NCBI GenBank assembly: GCA_024234265.1
Contig: JACKOM010000002.1
Location: 47,491-71,490, forward strand
DNA: 24,000 bases
Direction: 5' to 3'
From: Oceanospirillaceae bacterium
GTDB lineage: Bacteria; Pseudomonadota; Gammaproteobacteria; Pseudomonadales; Oceanobacteraceae
Shown here piece after piece: positions 8,848 to 16,700 of the stretch. How positions within the stretch are numbered: position 1 is the stretch's first letter; the number at the start of each line of letters is the position of its first letter. Position numbers and translations under genes: made by a program. The notes below the pieces were generated by a model. It was not told the DNA's origin, did no database searches, and was given only the letters and a program-made list of their open reading frames with translations.

Positions 8848-10620
8848 TCAGAGTACGATGGAGTCGAGTTTTTTACTGGCGCCGTTGATCTGGTCGCGTT
8901 CGTAAACGTCATCACGTACGTGTAATACGCCCTGCTCATCCACCCAAGTTGTCCAGTACATCAGGTACACGGGCACAGGGTTTTTGAGGCTGACGTAACG
9001 GGGGGATTTGGCGTTCATACCTTCAACCACCTGGGTTTGATCCCAGCCCTGGGTTTTCAGCAGGGCAGTGGCCAGTTCCATGGGGCGTTCCACTCGCACA
9101 CAACCAGAGCTGAGGGCGCGCATGTCTTTGCTGAACAACTCGCGGTGGCTGGTATCGTGCAGGTAAATGGATTTGTCATTGGGAAATACAAACTTCACCA
9201 GGCCAAGGGAGTTATGTTTACCCGATACCTGCACCAGACGGTAAAGGCTGGAACCCTTGGTAAAACGTGACCAGTTAACATTGGTCAGCGGCACCTCAAC
9301 CGGAGGATCCTGCCAGCCGTCGTAAATTTTGAAACCATTTTCCGCCAGGTAACGGGGGTTACGTTTAGCGATGGGAATAATATCGCGCTGCGCGATGCGT
9401 TCCGGCACGCTCCAGTCGGGGGCCAGCACTATGGTGGATATGGTTTCTGCCAGCACGGGGGTACGCCTTTCCGGACGGCCTATGATCACCTTCATATTGA
9501 GGGTTTCAGCGCCGTTTTGTACCAGTGACAGGCGGAAGTTCGCCATGTTCACCAGCACATAATTCTGCCCCAGATCCTTGGGCAGGTAACGCCAGCGTTT
9601 CATATTCAGGGCAATGCGCTGGGCCATAAAATAGGGTGCCACGTTGATATGTTCGCGGGTGGTATGGTCGAGACGGCCCGTTACTGGCAGGCCATTGCGG
9701 CCCTGGAAGGATTCAAGCCCCTCTTTCAGGCTTTCATCAAAGATATACACAGGGTCGTTGCTCTTACGGCGGAAGTCCTGCTCATAGGCGGCGGGGTCCG
9801 TGTCCTGCTCTTTGGGTAACAGCCAGGCGAGTTTGTTTTCTTTCATGTCGCCGTAAACTTTTAACATCCAGCGCAGGCGTGGTACCTGCTGGTCCACATC
9901 ACCCAGGCTTAATTCACGATCCCCTTCAATCGGGAACCACCAACCCGTGTCGGCGATGGCCTGATAGCGGCTTAACTCTTTGCCCAGCCGGCGGTAATCC
10001 GCATGTTCGGGCACCATGTCGCTGATCAGGCTGAGTAATTTGCCTTGTTCAAGGCTCTGCGACAGCAGGCTTATGACTTCCACCGGGGTTACGCGGGTGA
10101 CGGGGGCCGCGGCAACTTTTTTCAGGGAGGGGTGATCAAGCTCACCGGTATTGGGCAGCAGCTCGTTGTTGAGCACCTGCTGGGCAAAATCTATGTAGGC
10201 ATCGGACAGCATCACATCAATGGCGGCGGCATCTTTGGGTTGGTTGCTGAGGCGGCTGATCTCAGTTTCCATTTTGCTGACCCGGAAACGGTAGGCCTTC
10301 CATTCATCGCTGGCGGTTTCTTTGAGGGCCTGCACCAGACGTTCACCGGCGGGGGATAACTCGTAGTTGTCCATCCAGATAGTGTGGTAATTGAATTTAC
10401 GGTACAGGGCGTCGAGCTCATCGGGGTATTGCAGGTGAACGTTACCTGCGACTTCGCGGTGCCCTTCATAGAGCCAGTATTCGATACTTTTTTGTGCAAC
10501 CAGGGGCGGGATAACCGGTTTTGTGACGGCGCTGGCCAGCAGGCTGCCATATAAAAGTGCGAGGCACATGGCGACCACGGCAAGAAGTAAATGCTGTTTT
10601 TTGAGGGCGCTTGGTTTCAT
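8848..10620 (-). CDS. ldtD: L,D-transpeptidase YcbB/LdtD family (makes 3-3 peptidoglycan cross-links)
   Basis: YkuD catalytic motif IYLHDTSHRELFSKDMRALSSGCVRVERP. Large YcbB-type N-terminal scaffold. Membrane anchor MKPSALKKQHLLLAVVAMCLALL from ATG 10620. An upstream TTG at 10695 is possible, so the start is uncertain. Confidence 0.85.
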   Translation of the reverse strand: MKPSALKKQHLLLAVVAMCLALLYGSLLASAVTKPVIPPLVAQKSIEYWLYEGHREVAGNVHLQYPDELDALYRKFNYHTIWMDNYELSPAGERLVQALKETASDEWKAYRFRVSKMETEISRLSNQPKDAAAIDVMLSDAYIDFAQQVLNNELLPNTGELDHPSLKKVAAAPVTRVTPVEVISLLSQSLEQGKLLSLISDMVPEHADYRRLGKELSRYQAIADTGWWFPIEGDRELSLGDVDQQVPRLRWMLKVYGDMKENKLAWLLPKEQDTDPAAYEQDFRRKSNDPVYIFDESLKEGLESFQGRNGLPVTGRLDHTTREHINVAPYFMAQRIALNMKRWRYLPKDLGQNYVLVNMANFRLSLVQNGAETLNMKVIIGRPERRTPVLAETISTIVLAPDWSVPERIAQRDIIPIAKRNPRYLAENGFKIYDGWQDPPVEVPLTNVNWSRFTKGSSLYRLVQVSGKHNSLGLVKFVFPNDKSIYLHDTSHRELFSKDMRALSSGCVRVERPMELATALLKTQGWDQTQVVEGMNAKSPRYVSLKNPVPVYLMYWTTWVDEQGVLHVRDDVYERDQINGASKKLDSIVL

Positions 10621-10799
10621 GCCCTCAAGTATGGCACCTGATAAGCACCGCGCATGTGCTCTGCCTGCAACGCTTTGTGACGGCGTGTTGCACAATGTAA
10701 TTCAAAAAAACGTCGTGAATAAATTCAAAGACTTAGGTGGGTTTTTCGTACAGGAAGGGCGGCAGCTGGCTTTTTGACGGGCCTATAGATAAAAAAAAT

Positions 10800-11570
10800 C
10801 TAAGAGTTTGAAATATCAAAGGAAAACAGTTCTGAACCCGTGACTAAACCAGCCGGGTTGTAGCTGTCTTCGCGGAAGCGGATGCGCACCCGGCCCAGCA
10901 TTAAACGGGTGTTGGCGCGGGTGCCGTATTCCGGGCTGATAATCCGCGCGGCGGAGAGCATGTGCTCCCAGGTGGGGCCAATGCCGGTATCGGGTAACTC
11001 TTCACGGGGGGCCGGGCGGGTGGAGTCTAAACAACCCGCCAGGCTGGCTAAGGAAATTTCACTCTGGCGCAGGCGCTGAATGAGGTTTTCACGGGCGAGG
11101 CGCACCTTGGGCCAGGGGGTGTTGAGCAGGTGGTTTGACAGGCCATACACACCGCTGGCCAGTTCAGAGGGCGCGGCGTTACTGCGGTTGCTGAAATACC
11201 AGCACTGATTTAAATCGCCCACAATCAGATTGAACCCGTCATAAAGCGCGGCATTTGCGGCCACCTGCTGCAGGTAACTTTCAGGGCTGGCATCACCCTG
11301 TAAATAAGCACTGACCAGCATGCCGCGGCTCAGTTGTCCCTGATAGGGGGCCGGTATCTGGCGGTAATTCGTGAGGGCCGCAAAACGACCGCTGCGGCTG
11401 ATGCCCAGCCAGCTGCCGCCGGCTTCCAGATCTTTGCCGGCAAGCATGTGCGGATGTTCCTCCCAGAAATGGGCAGGCAGGGCAGGGCGCAGGTGAAATT
11501 CATCCCGGTTAGCGACCATGATCAGGGGGTAGTCCGTTTGGGGTTGCCAGGCAAAGCTGATTAAACACAT
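10800..11570 (-). CDS. NRDE-family (DUF833 / TANGO2-like) protein
   Basis: MCLISFAW...LIMVANRDEF contains the family-defining NRDE motif and a Cys at position 2. 256 aa, the normal family length. AGAGG SD 8 nt upstream. Confidence 0.8.
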   Translation of the reverse strand: MCLISFAWQPQTDYPLIMVANRDEFHLRPALPAHFWEEHPHMLAGKDLEAGGSWLGISRSGRFAALTNYRQIPAPYQGQLSRGMLVSAYLQGDASPESYLQQVAANAALYDGFNLIVGDLNQCWYFSNRSNAAPSELASGVYGLSNHLLNTPWPKVRLARENLIQRLRQSEISLASLAGCLDSTRPAPREELPDTGIGPTWEHMLSAARIISPEYGTRANTRLMLGRVRIRFREDSYNPAGLVTGSELFSFDISNS

Positions 11571-11573
11571 CTA

Positions 11574-11866
11574 GGGAACCTCTGAATAACTCAGTGCCCG
11601 CGTCGGCTTTGCGAAATCAATCAGCTTAAGGCGCAGATTTGCAGGCAAACGGGTTAGGTCAAAAAGCTGCAACACAGTGCGATTTGTTTCGCAAAGCCCC
11701 GCAGGGCGCAGGCTGCCAGGCGAGCTGGCTGCGTTGGCGATCTTGTAAAGGACTCGTCATTGACTGCAATCGCCGCCTTGCCATCTCAACTGGCAGCACA
11801 TGCGCGACACTGTGCAGAGTTATTCAGAGTTCCCTGGGCAGTGTAACAGAGCTGCGAAACAAATCC
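11574..11866. repeat. Self-complementary repeat cluster in the NRDE/TauE divergent intergenic region
   Basis: Inverted repeat GGGAACCTCTGAATAACTC (11574-11592) / GAGTTATTCAGAGTTCCC (11817-11834). Three copies of a GCTTTGCGAAA(C)AAATC-type motif at 11605-11620 (+), 11681-11698 (inverted) and 11851-11866 (+). These can form two mutually exclusive perfect helices of 12 bp and 13 bp. Confidence 0.55.
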
Positions 11867-11926
11867 CTGCAGCGGTTTCCCTGCCTGTGGGCATGGTTCA
11901 TAATGCGCCCTCACTTTGGGGGTTGT

Positions 11927-12724
11927 ATGGCGGTATTGTTGGGTTATTTGCTGGTGGGTGCCCTGGCCGGTGTGCTGGCGGGGTTGTTTGGTATCGGCGG
12001 CGGGCTGGTGATTGTGCCTGTGCTGATTTTTGTCTTCAGCCAGCAGGGTGTCAGCCCGGAAGTCTTAACCCACATGGCGATTGCCACTTCCCTTGCCACG
12101 ATTTGTTTTACCTCATTAAGCTCAATCCGTACCCATCAGCAGAATAATGCCGTGGACTGGCCGGTGGCTGCGGGCCTGAGTGCCGGCATTGTGCTGGGGG
12201 CCGTATTGGGTGCACTAACTGCTGAACAGTTATCCGGCCCTGCATTGCAGGTGATTATCGGCGTGTTTGCGTTAGTGATTGCCGCGCAGATGGGCTTTGG
12301 ATTAAAACCCAGCCCCAGCCGGCAGTTACCGGGCAAAACCGGGCAGGTCACTGCCGGTGCGGGCATTGGCTTCGCATCCGCGATTTTTGGCATAGGTGGC
12401 GGCTCGTTAACCGTACCGTTTTTAAGCTGGTGCAATATGCCCATGCAACGGGCGGTGGCCACGGCGGCGGCCTGTGGCTTGCCTATCGCCGTATTTGGCG
12501 CATTAAGCAATGTGTGGATTGGTTATGGTAATGGGTTGTTGCCCGAACACAGTCTGGGTTATGTGTATTTACCGGCATTGCTAGGCATCGCCCTGACCAG
12601 TGTGCCCTGCGCCCGTATCGGTGCCCGTCTGGCCCACCAATGGTCTGCCGCAAAACTGAAAAAAGCCTTTGCCATACTGCTGCTCGCCGTGGGGCTCAAA
12701 TTCCTGTTATCCAATTTGTTTTAA
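11927..12724 (+). CDS. TauE/SafE (DUF81, YfcA-like) anion-exporter family membrane protein
   Basis: From ATG 11927 (GGGGG SD upstream): MAVLLGYLLVGALAGVLAGLFGIGGGLVIVPVL, with the internal repeat GIGFASAIFGIGGGSLTVPFL typical of TauE. About 265 aa and polytopic. The 96-codon upstream extension in the ORF track is non-membrane and lies in the repeat region. Confidence 0.8.
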   Translation: MAVLLGYLLVGALAGVLAGLFGIGGGLVIVPVLIFVFSQQGVSPEVLTHMAIATSLATICFTSLSSIRTHQQNNAVDWPVAAGLSAGIVLGAVLGALTAEQLSGPALQVIIGVFALVIAAQMGFGLKPSPSRQLPGKTGQVTAGAGIGFASAIFGIGGGSLTVPFLSWCNMPMQRAVATAAACGLPIAVFGALSNVWIGYGNGLLPEHSLGYVYLPALLGIALTSVPCARIGARLAHQWSAAKLKKAFAILLLAVGLKFLLSNLF

Positions 12725-12736
12725 AGGGACGTACTA

Positions 12737-13528
12737 ATGCTGACCTATCCACAGATAGACCCTGTTGCCATACATATAGGTTCGTTACCCATTCATTGGT
12801 ACGGCCTGATGTATTTGCTGAGTTTTGGTCTGGCCTATTGGCTGATGTTATACCGTGCAGAACGCAGCAATGGTGTGTGGAATAAAGACCAGGTCAGTGA
12901 CCTGATTTTTTACGGCGCCATGGGTGTGGTGTTAGGCGGGCGCTGTGGTTATGTACTGTTTTATAACTTCGATAAGTTTGTCGAAGATCCATTATGGCTG
13001 TTTCAGGTGTGGACGGGCGGCATGTCCTTCCACGGTGGTTTATTAGGTGTGCTGGTTGCCTGTTATTTATTCGGGCGTAAATACAAAAAGAGCTTTTTCC
13101 AAATCACCGATTTTGGCGCACCTATGGTACCGGTAGGGTTATTTTTCGGACGTATAGGTAATTTTATCGGTGGTGAATTATGGGGTCGCACTACCGATGT
13201 GCCCTGGGGCATGGTATTCCCGCGCGCCGGTGATTTACCCCGTCACCCCAGCCAGTTATATGAAATGTTTTTAGAGGGTGTAGTGCTGTTTACCATCCTG
13301 TGGTGGTTCTCTTCTCGCCCGCGCCCGCAGATGGCGGTCAGCGCATTATTTTTAATTTTTTACGGCAGTTTCCGTTTTGCCGTGGAATTTGTGCGCGAAC
13401 CCGACAGCCAGATTGGTTTTGCCCTGTTAGGCTGGATGACCCGCGGCCAGGAATTATCCCTGCCGATGATTATTGGTGGTATCTGCCTGCTGGTGCTGGC
13501 CCTGCAAAAGAATAAAAAAGAGGTGTAA
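12737..13528 (+). CDS. lgt: Prolipoprotein diacylglyceryl transferase
   Basis: [59 protein letters not shown] and HPSQLYE are classic Lgt motifs. Lies upstream of thyA, as in E. coli. Confidence 0.92.
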   Translation: MLTYPQIDPVAIHIGSLPIHWYGLMYLLSFGLAYWLMLYRAERSNGVWNKDQVSDLIFYGAMGVVLGGRCGYVLFYNFDKFVEDPLWLFQVWTGGMSFHGGLLGVLVACYLFGRKYKKSFFQITDFGAPMVPVGLFFGRIGNFIGGELWGRTTDVPWGMVFPRAGDLPRHPSQLYEMFLEGVVLFTILWWFSSRPRPQMAVSALFLIFYGSFRFAVEFVREPDSQIGFALLGWMTRGQELSLPMIIGGICLLVLALQKNKKEV

Positions 13529-13530
13529 TT

Positions 13531-14325
13531 ATGCGTCAGTATCTGGATTTAATGCGTCACGTGCGTGACCACGGCACTGAAAAGGGTGATCGCACCGGCA
13601 CAGGCACCCGCAGTGTATTTGGTTATCAGATGCGCTTTGACCTGAGCGAAGGTTTCCCGCTGGTGACCACTAAAAAATTACATTTACGCTCAATTATTCA
13701 CGAGCTGTTATGGTTCTTAAACGGCGATACCAATATCGCCTATTTAAAAGAAAATAACGTCAGCATCTGGGATGAATGGGCCGATGAAAACGGTGATTTA
13801 GGCCCGGTGTATGGTTATCAGTGGCGCAGCTGGCCAACCGCCGATGGCCGCCATATCGACCAGATTTCCCAGGTCATGCAACAAATTAAACAGGACCCTA
13901 ATTCACGCCGCATTATTGTCAGCGCCTGGAACGTGGGTGAGCTGGATAAAATGGCCCTGGCACCCTGCCATGCGTTTTTCCAGTTTTACGTGGCCGATGG
14001 CAAATTAAGCTGCCAGTTATATCAGCGCTCAGCGGATATCTTTTTAGGCGTGCCGTTTAATATCGCGTCCTATGCATTATTGGTGCATATGATGGCCCAG
14101 CAGCTTGATTTAGAAGTGGGTGATTTTATCTGGACCGGGGGTGATACCCACCTCTACAACAATCACCTTGAACAGGCCGAATTGCAGCTCAGCCGTGAGC
14201 CTTTGCCCCTGCCCAAATTAATTATCAAACGTAAACCTGCGAGTTTGTTTGATTACAAATTTGAGGACTTTGAGATCGAAGGTTACCAACACCACGCCCA
14301 CATTAAGGCGCCGGTGGCTATCTGA
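13531..14325 (+). CDS. thyA: Thymidylate synthase (ThyA type)
   Basis: 264 aa. [11 protein letters not shown]...DRTGTGT.SVFG...[12 protein letters not shown] (catalytic Cys)...[18 protein letters not shown]...[10 protein letters not shown]. Starts 2 nt after the lgt stop. Confidence 0.95.
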   Translation: MRQYLDLMRHVRDHGTEKGDRTGTGTRSVFGYQMRFDLSEGFPLVTTKKLHLRSIIHELLWFLNGDTNIAYLKENNVSIWDEWADENGDLGPVYGYQWRSWPTADGRHIDQISQVMQQIKQDPNSRRIIVSAWNVGELDKMALAPCHAFFQFYVADGKLSCQLYQRSADIFLGVPFNIASYALLVHMMAQQLDLEVGDFIWTGGDTHLYNNHLEQAELQLSREPLPLPKLIIKRKPASLFDYKFEDFEIEGYQHHAHIKAPVAI

Positions 14326-14334
14326 TTAAGCAAT

Positions 14335-14375
14335 CAGTCATCAGCTATTAGCTCCCAGCTAATAGCTGATGACTG
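14335..14375. other. Perfect 19-bp-stem / 3-nt-loop hairpin (41-nt palindrome) just downstream of thyA
   Basis: CAGTCATCAGCTATTAGCT-ccc-AGCTAATAGCTGATGACTG with no mismatches. No U-tract follows on either strand. The right arm contains the ATG (14369) that the ORF track uses for the next gene. Confidence 0.8.
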
Positions 14376-14389
14376 TCTATACTGCCCTG

Positions 14390-16126
14390 ATGGAGAAATG
14401 CACAGGGAGTAGGGCATTGTTGAGCCAGAGCCAGAACGCAGCGGATGTTGCCCGCGAAATACTTCTCTACAGCCCAGCCGCCGGTGCCGGCAGTGACTTG
14501 AGCGCTTGGCTGGCCCCCAATGTTATCCACAGTTGTAAAAGCCTCTACGAGCTGCAAGGCCGCCTGCTGCAATCCCCCCAGTTGTGTTTGTTATTGGATA
14601 TGCGCCACAGCCCCCTGCGTGCCCTGGCGGAATTGCGTTTTCTGCAGCAACACGGTTTTAAAAATCCGGTATTAAGCCTGGTGAGCCAGCAGCAGCTGCA
14701 ATACGGGCGTGATTCCCTGCATTACGGTGCCAGTGCGTTTACGGATGTGCAGTGCATTAACAGCCAGGGCCTTAACATGCTGCTCGACAGTCTGCTGGTG
14801 CAAACCGCCAAGCAGCAGCCCCGTCTGGAAAATATTGAGGATGTCACCACAGGCACCGGCAGCCGCAGCCTGTTTTTCGACCGTTTATTACATGGCCTGC
14901 AGCGCGCGCGGCGTAAACGCACTTTCACCGGTGTGGTCTTGCTGGATGTGGACCGTTTCCGTGAAATTAACCAGCACTACGGCGAGCCGTTTGGTGATCA
15001 GGTGTTGCGCATCAGCGCAGAGCGCATTCAGGCGGTATTACGCAAAAGCGATACCCTGGCACGCCTGAGTAGCAATGAGTTTGGTCTGGTGCTGGAAGAT
15101 ATTCACGACCCCCTGCAGGTCAGCAATATTTGCCGCAAAATCAGCCAGCTGTTTGAGCGCCCGCTGTTAGTGAATGATGAATGGGTCGTGGTGACCCTCG
15201 GCATGGGTGTGCATGTGGCATCGCCCGAGGAGCAAAACGTGAATACCCTGGTGCGTTACGCTTCCCTGGCGTTATCCCGCGCCAAAGAAGCGGGGCGCAA
15301 CAGCCTGCGTTATTACTCCCACGAAATGAATTTAAAGGCGATTGCCCGCACCAACATGGAAGTGGGTTTATTTAATGCCATGCAACGCCAGGAATTATTT
15401 CTGCAATATCAGCCCATTTGCCAGAGCAGTGATTTTCGCCCTTGCTCCGCAGAGGCGTTAGTACGCTGGCAGCACCCCACGGCGGGGGTGGTTTCACCGG
15501 CGGTATTTGTGCCCCTGCTGGAGGATTCCGGCCTGATTGTGGAAGCCGGTGACTGGATTCTCGAAGCGGCCTGCAGCACCCTGCAGCAGTGGCATAAAAC
15601 AGGTAAATTCCCGGCGGATTTTAAACTGTCGGTGAATGTTTCAGGCAAACAACTTAAAGATCAGGATTACATTGAACGGGTGCGGCGGGTCATGGCCCTG
15701 CACCATATTCAGCCCGGCCAGTTAACCCTGGAATTAACCGAAAGCAGCGTGATGGAAAATATGGATAAAACCGTACAGCTGCTGGAAAAACTGCGTGGCA
15801 TCGGCGTGGCTATTTCGCTGGATGATTTTGGCACGGGTTATTCGTCATTTTCCTATTTAAAACGCCTGCCGGTGGATTATTTAAAAATCGACCGCAGTTT
15901 TGTCACCCATATGGCAACGGATAAAAAAGATGCCGCCATTGCCCGCGCAATTGTTGAACTGGCCCATTTACTGGAAATGAAAGTAGTGGCCGAAGGGGTG
16001 GATAACGGTGAAAAAGTCGATTTATTACGCGCCATGGGCTGTGACCATCTGCAGGGTTTTTATTTTGCTAAACCCATGGATGCCGCCGAATTCGGGCAAT
16101 ATGTGCGCAACAGCGCTGAACAGTGA
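14390..16126 (+). CDS. c-di-GMP phosphodiesterase: REC-like N-terminus, degenerate GGDEF and intact EAL
   Basis: The GGDEF position reads SSNEF (15064-15085 region), so probably not a cyclase. EAL signatures are intact: EALVRW (EAL at 15452-15460), NVS, ELTES, DDFGTGYSS, KIDRSF, EGVDN, QGFYFAKP. The start is uncertain: ATG 14390 is preferred because 14369 is buried in the hairpin. Confidence 0.85.
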   Translation: MEKCTGSRALLSQSQNAADVAREILLYSPAAGAGSDLSAWLAPNVIHSCKSLYELQGRLLQSPQLCLLLDMRHSPLRALAELRFLQQHGFKNPVLSLVSQQQLQYGRDSLHYGASAFTDVQCINSQGLNMLLDSLLVQTAKQQPRLENIEDVTTGTGSRSLFFDRLLHGLQRARRKRTFTGVVLLDVDRFREINQHYGEPFGDQVLRISAERIQAVLRKSDTLARLSSNEFGLVLEDIHDPLQVSNICRKISQLFERPLLVNDEWVVVTLGMGVHVASPEEQNVNTLVRYASLALSRAKEAGRNSLRYYSHEMNLKAIARTNMEVGLFNAMQRQELFLQYQPICQSSDFRPCSAEALVRWQHPTAGVVSPAVFVPLLEDSGLIVEAGDWILEAACSTLQQWHKTGKFPADFKLSVNVSGKQLKDQDYIERVRRVMALHHIQPGQLTLELTESSVMENMDKTVQLLEKLRGIGVAISLDDFGTGYSSFSYLKRLPVDYLKIDRSFVTHMATDKKDAAIARAIVELAHLLEMKVVAEGVDNGEKVDLLRAMGCDHLQGFYFAKPMDAAEFGQYVRNSAEQ

Positions 16127-16166
16127 AACCCAGCCATATCCATTCTTTACAAGGCCCGCCTGAATC

Positions 16167-16185
16167 CGCATCCTATGCGCTTTTT
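16167..16185 (+). terminator. Weak hairpin plus T-run between the EAL gene and folA (possible partial terminator)
   Basis: CGCAT-cct-ATGCG followed by CTTTTT, immediately upstream of the folA SD GGGAGG (16186-16191). The stem is only 5 bp, so confidence is low. Confidence 0.3.
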
Positions 16186-16196
16186 GGGAGGCTGTT

Positions 16197-16700
16197 ATGA
16201 AAATTTGCCTGATTGCCGCACTGGCGCAGAACCGGGTTGTGGGCATCAATAACCAGCTGCCCTGGCATTTACCGGAAGATTTAAAATATTTCCGCCGCAC
16301 CACCACCGGCAAAACCGTGATCATGGGGCGTAAAACCTATGAGTCCATCGGCCGCCCCCTGCCAAACCGCAGCAATATCGTGGTCAGCGCCAACCCTGAG
16401 TGCAAAATTGAACATGCGCAGGTGGTTAACAGCCTGCAAGCAGCCCTGGAACTGGCGGAAAACATCAGCCTGATTAACGGCGTGGATGAAATTATGGTGA
16501 TTGGCGGCGCGACCCTATACGCGGCGGCATTACCCATGGCAGATCGTCTGTATCTGACCCATGTACATGCGGATGTGGAAGGGGATGCCTATTTCCCGGA
16601 AGTGGATTTCAGTGCCTGGCGGGAAGTGGCGCGGGAGGATTTTGCCGCTTCAGAAAATAACCCCTATCCCTACAGTTTTGTGGTGTACGACAAAGCATAG
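16197..16700 (+). CDS. folA: Dihydrofolate reductase (chromosomal FolA type)
   Basis: 167 aa. MKICLIAALAQNRVVGINNQLPWHLPEDLKYFRRTTTGKTVIMGRKTYESIGRPLPNR...LYLTHV...GDAYFPE matches the FolA pattern. Strong SD. Confidence 0.92.
   Translation: MKICLIAALAQNRVVGINNQLPWHLPEDLKYFRRTTTGKTVIMGRKTYESIGRPLPNRSNIVVSANPECKIEHAQVVNSLQAALELAENISLINGVDEIMVIGGATLYAAALPMADRLYLTHVHADVEGDAYFPEVDFSAWREVAREDFAASENNPYPYSFVVYDKA

Noticed and set aside
11640-11700. Resemblance to the c-di-GMP-I (GEMM-I) riboswitch: GCAGGCAAACGGG and CGCAAAGCCCC resemble the conserved GGCAAACC and ACGCAAAGCC blocks. This was tempting given the c-di-GMP-rich context.
   Set aside because: I could not build the required P1 (GNRA-capped) and P2 (receptor) helices between and after the two blocks, and the spacing is about 25 nt too long. 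Only cmscan with the Rfam GEMM-I model could revive this idea.
11795-11845. ACTGGCA ... CCCTGGGCAG is reminiscent of the ZTP (pfl) riboswitch ACUGGCG and CCGCCUGGGCA elements, and it lies upstream of an operon containing thyA.
   Set aside because: The conserved GGGUCGUG and GGGGAGCGACC core segments are absent and the 3' element differs. I treat it as a chance match unless an Rfam scan says otherwise.
11639-11926. 96-codon N-terminal extension of the TauE ORF.
   Set aside because: It is non-hydrophobic and Cys/Arg-rich, and it lies in the repeat-laden intergenic region. The TauE-like sequence and a good SD begin at 11927.
13531-16700. thyA and folA with a palindrome between them as a possible mobile trimethoprim-resistance (dfr) cassette or integron attC.
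   Set aside because: FolA looks like the ordinary chromosomal enzyme. No intI, attI or GTTRRRY core sites are present. lgt-thyA is the conserved chromosomal arrangement. The palindrome is perfect, unlike attC sites, which have extrahelical bases.
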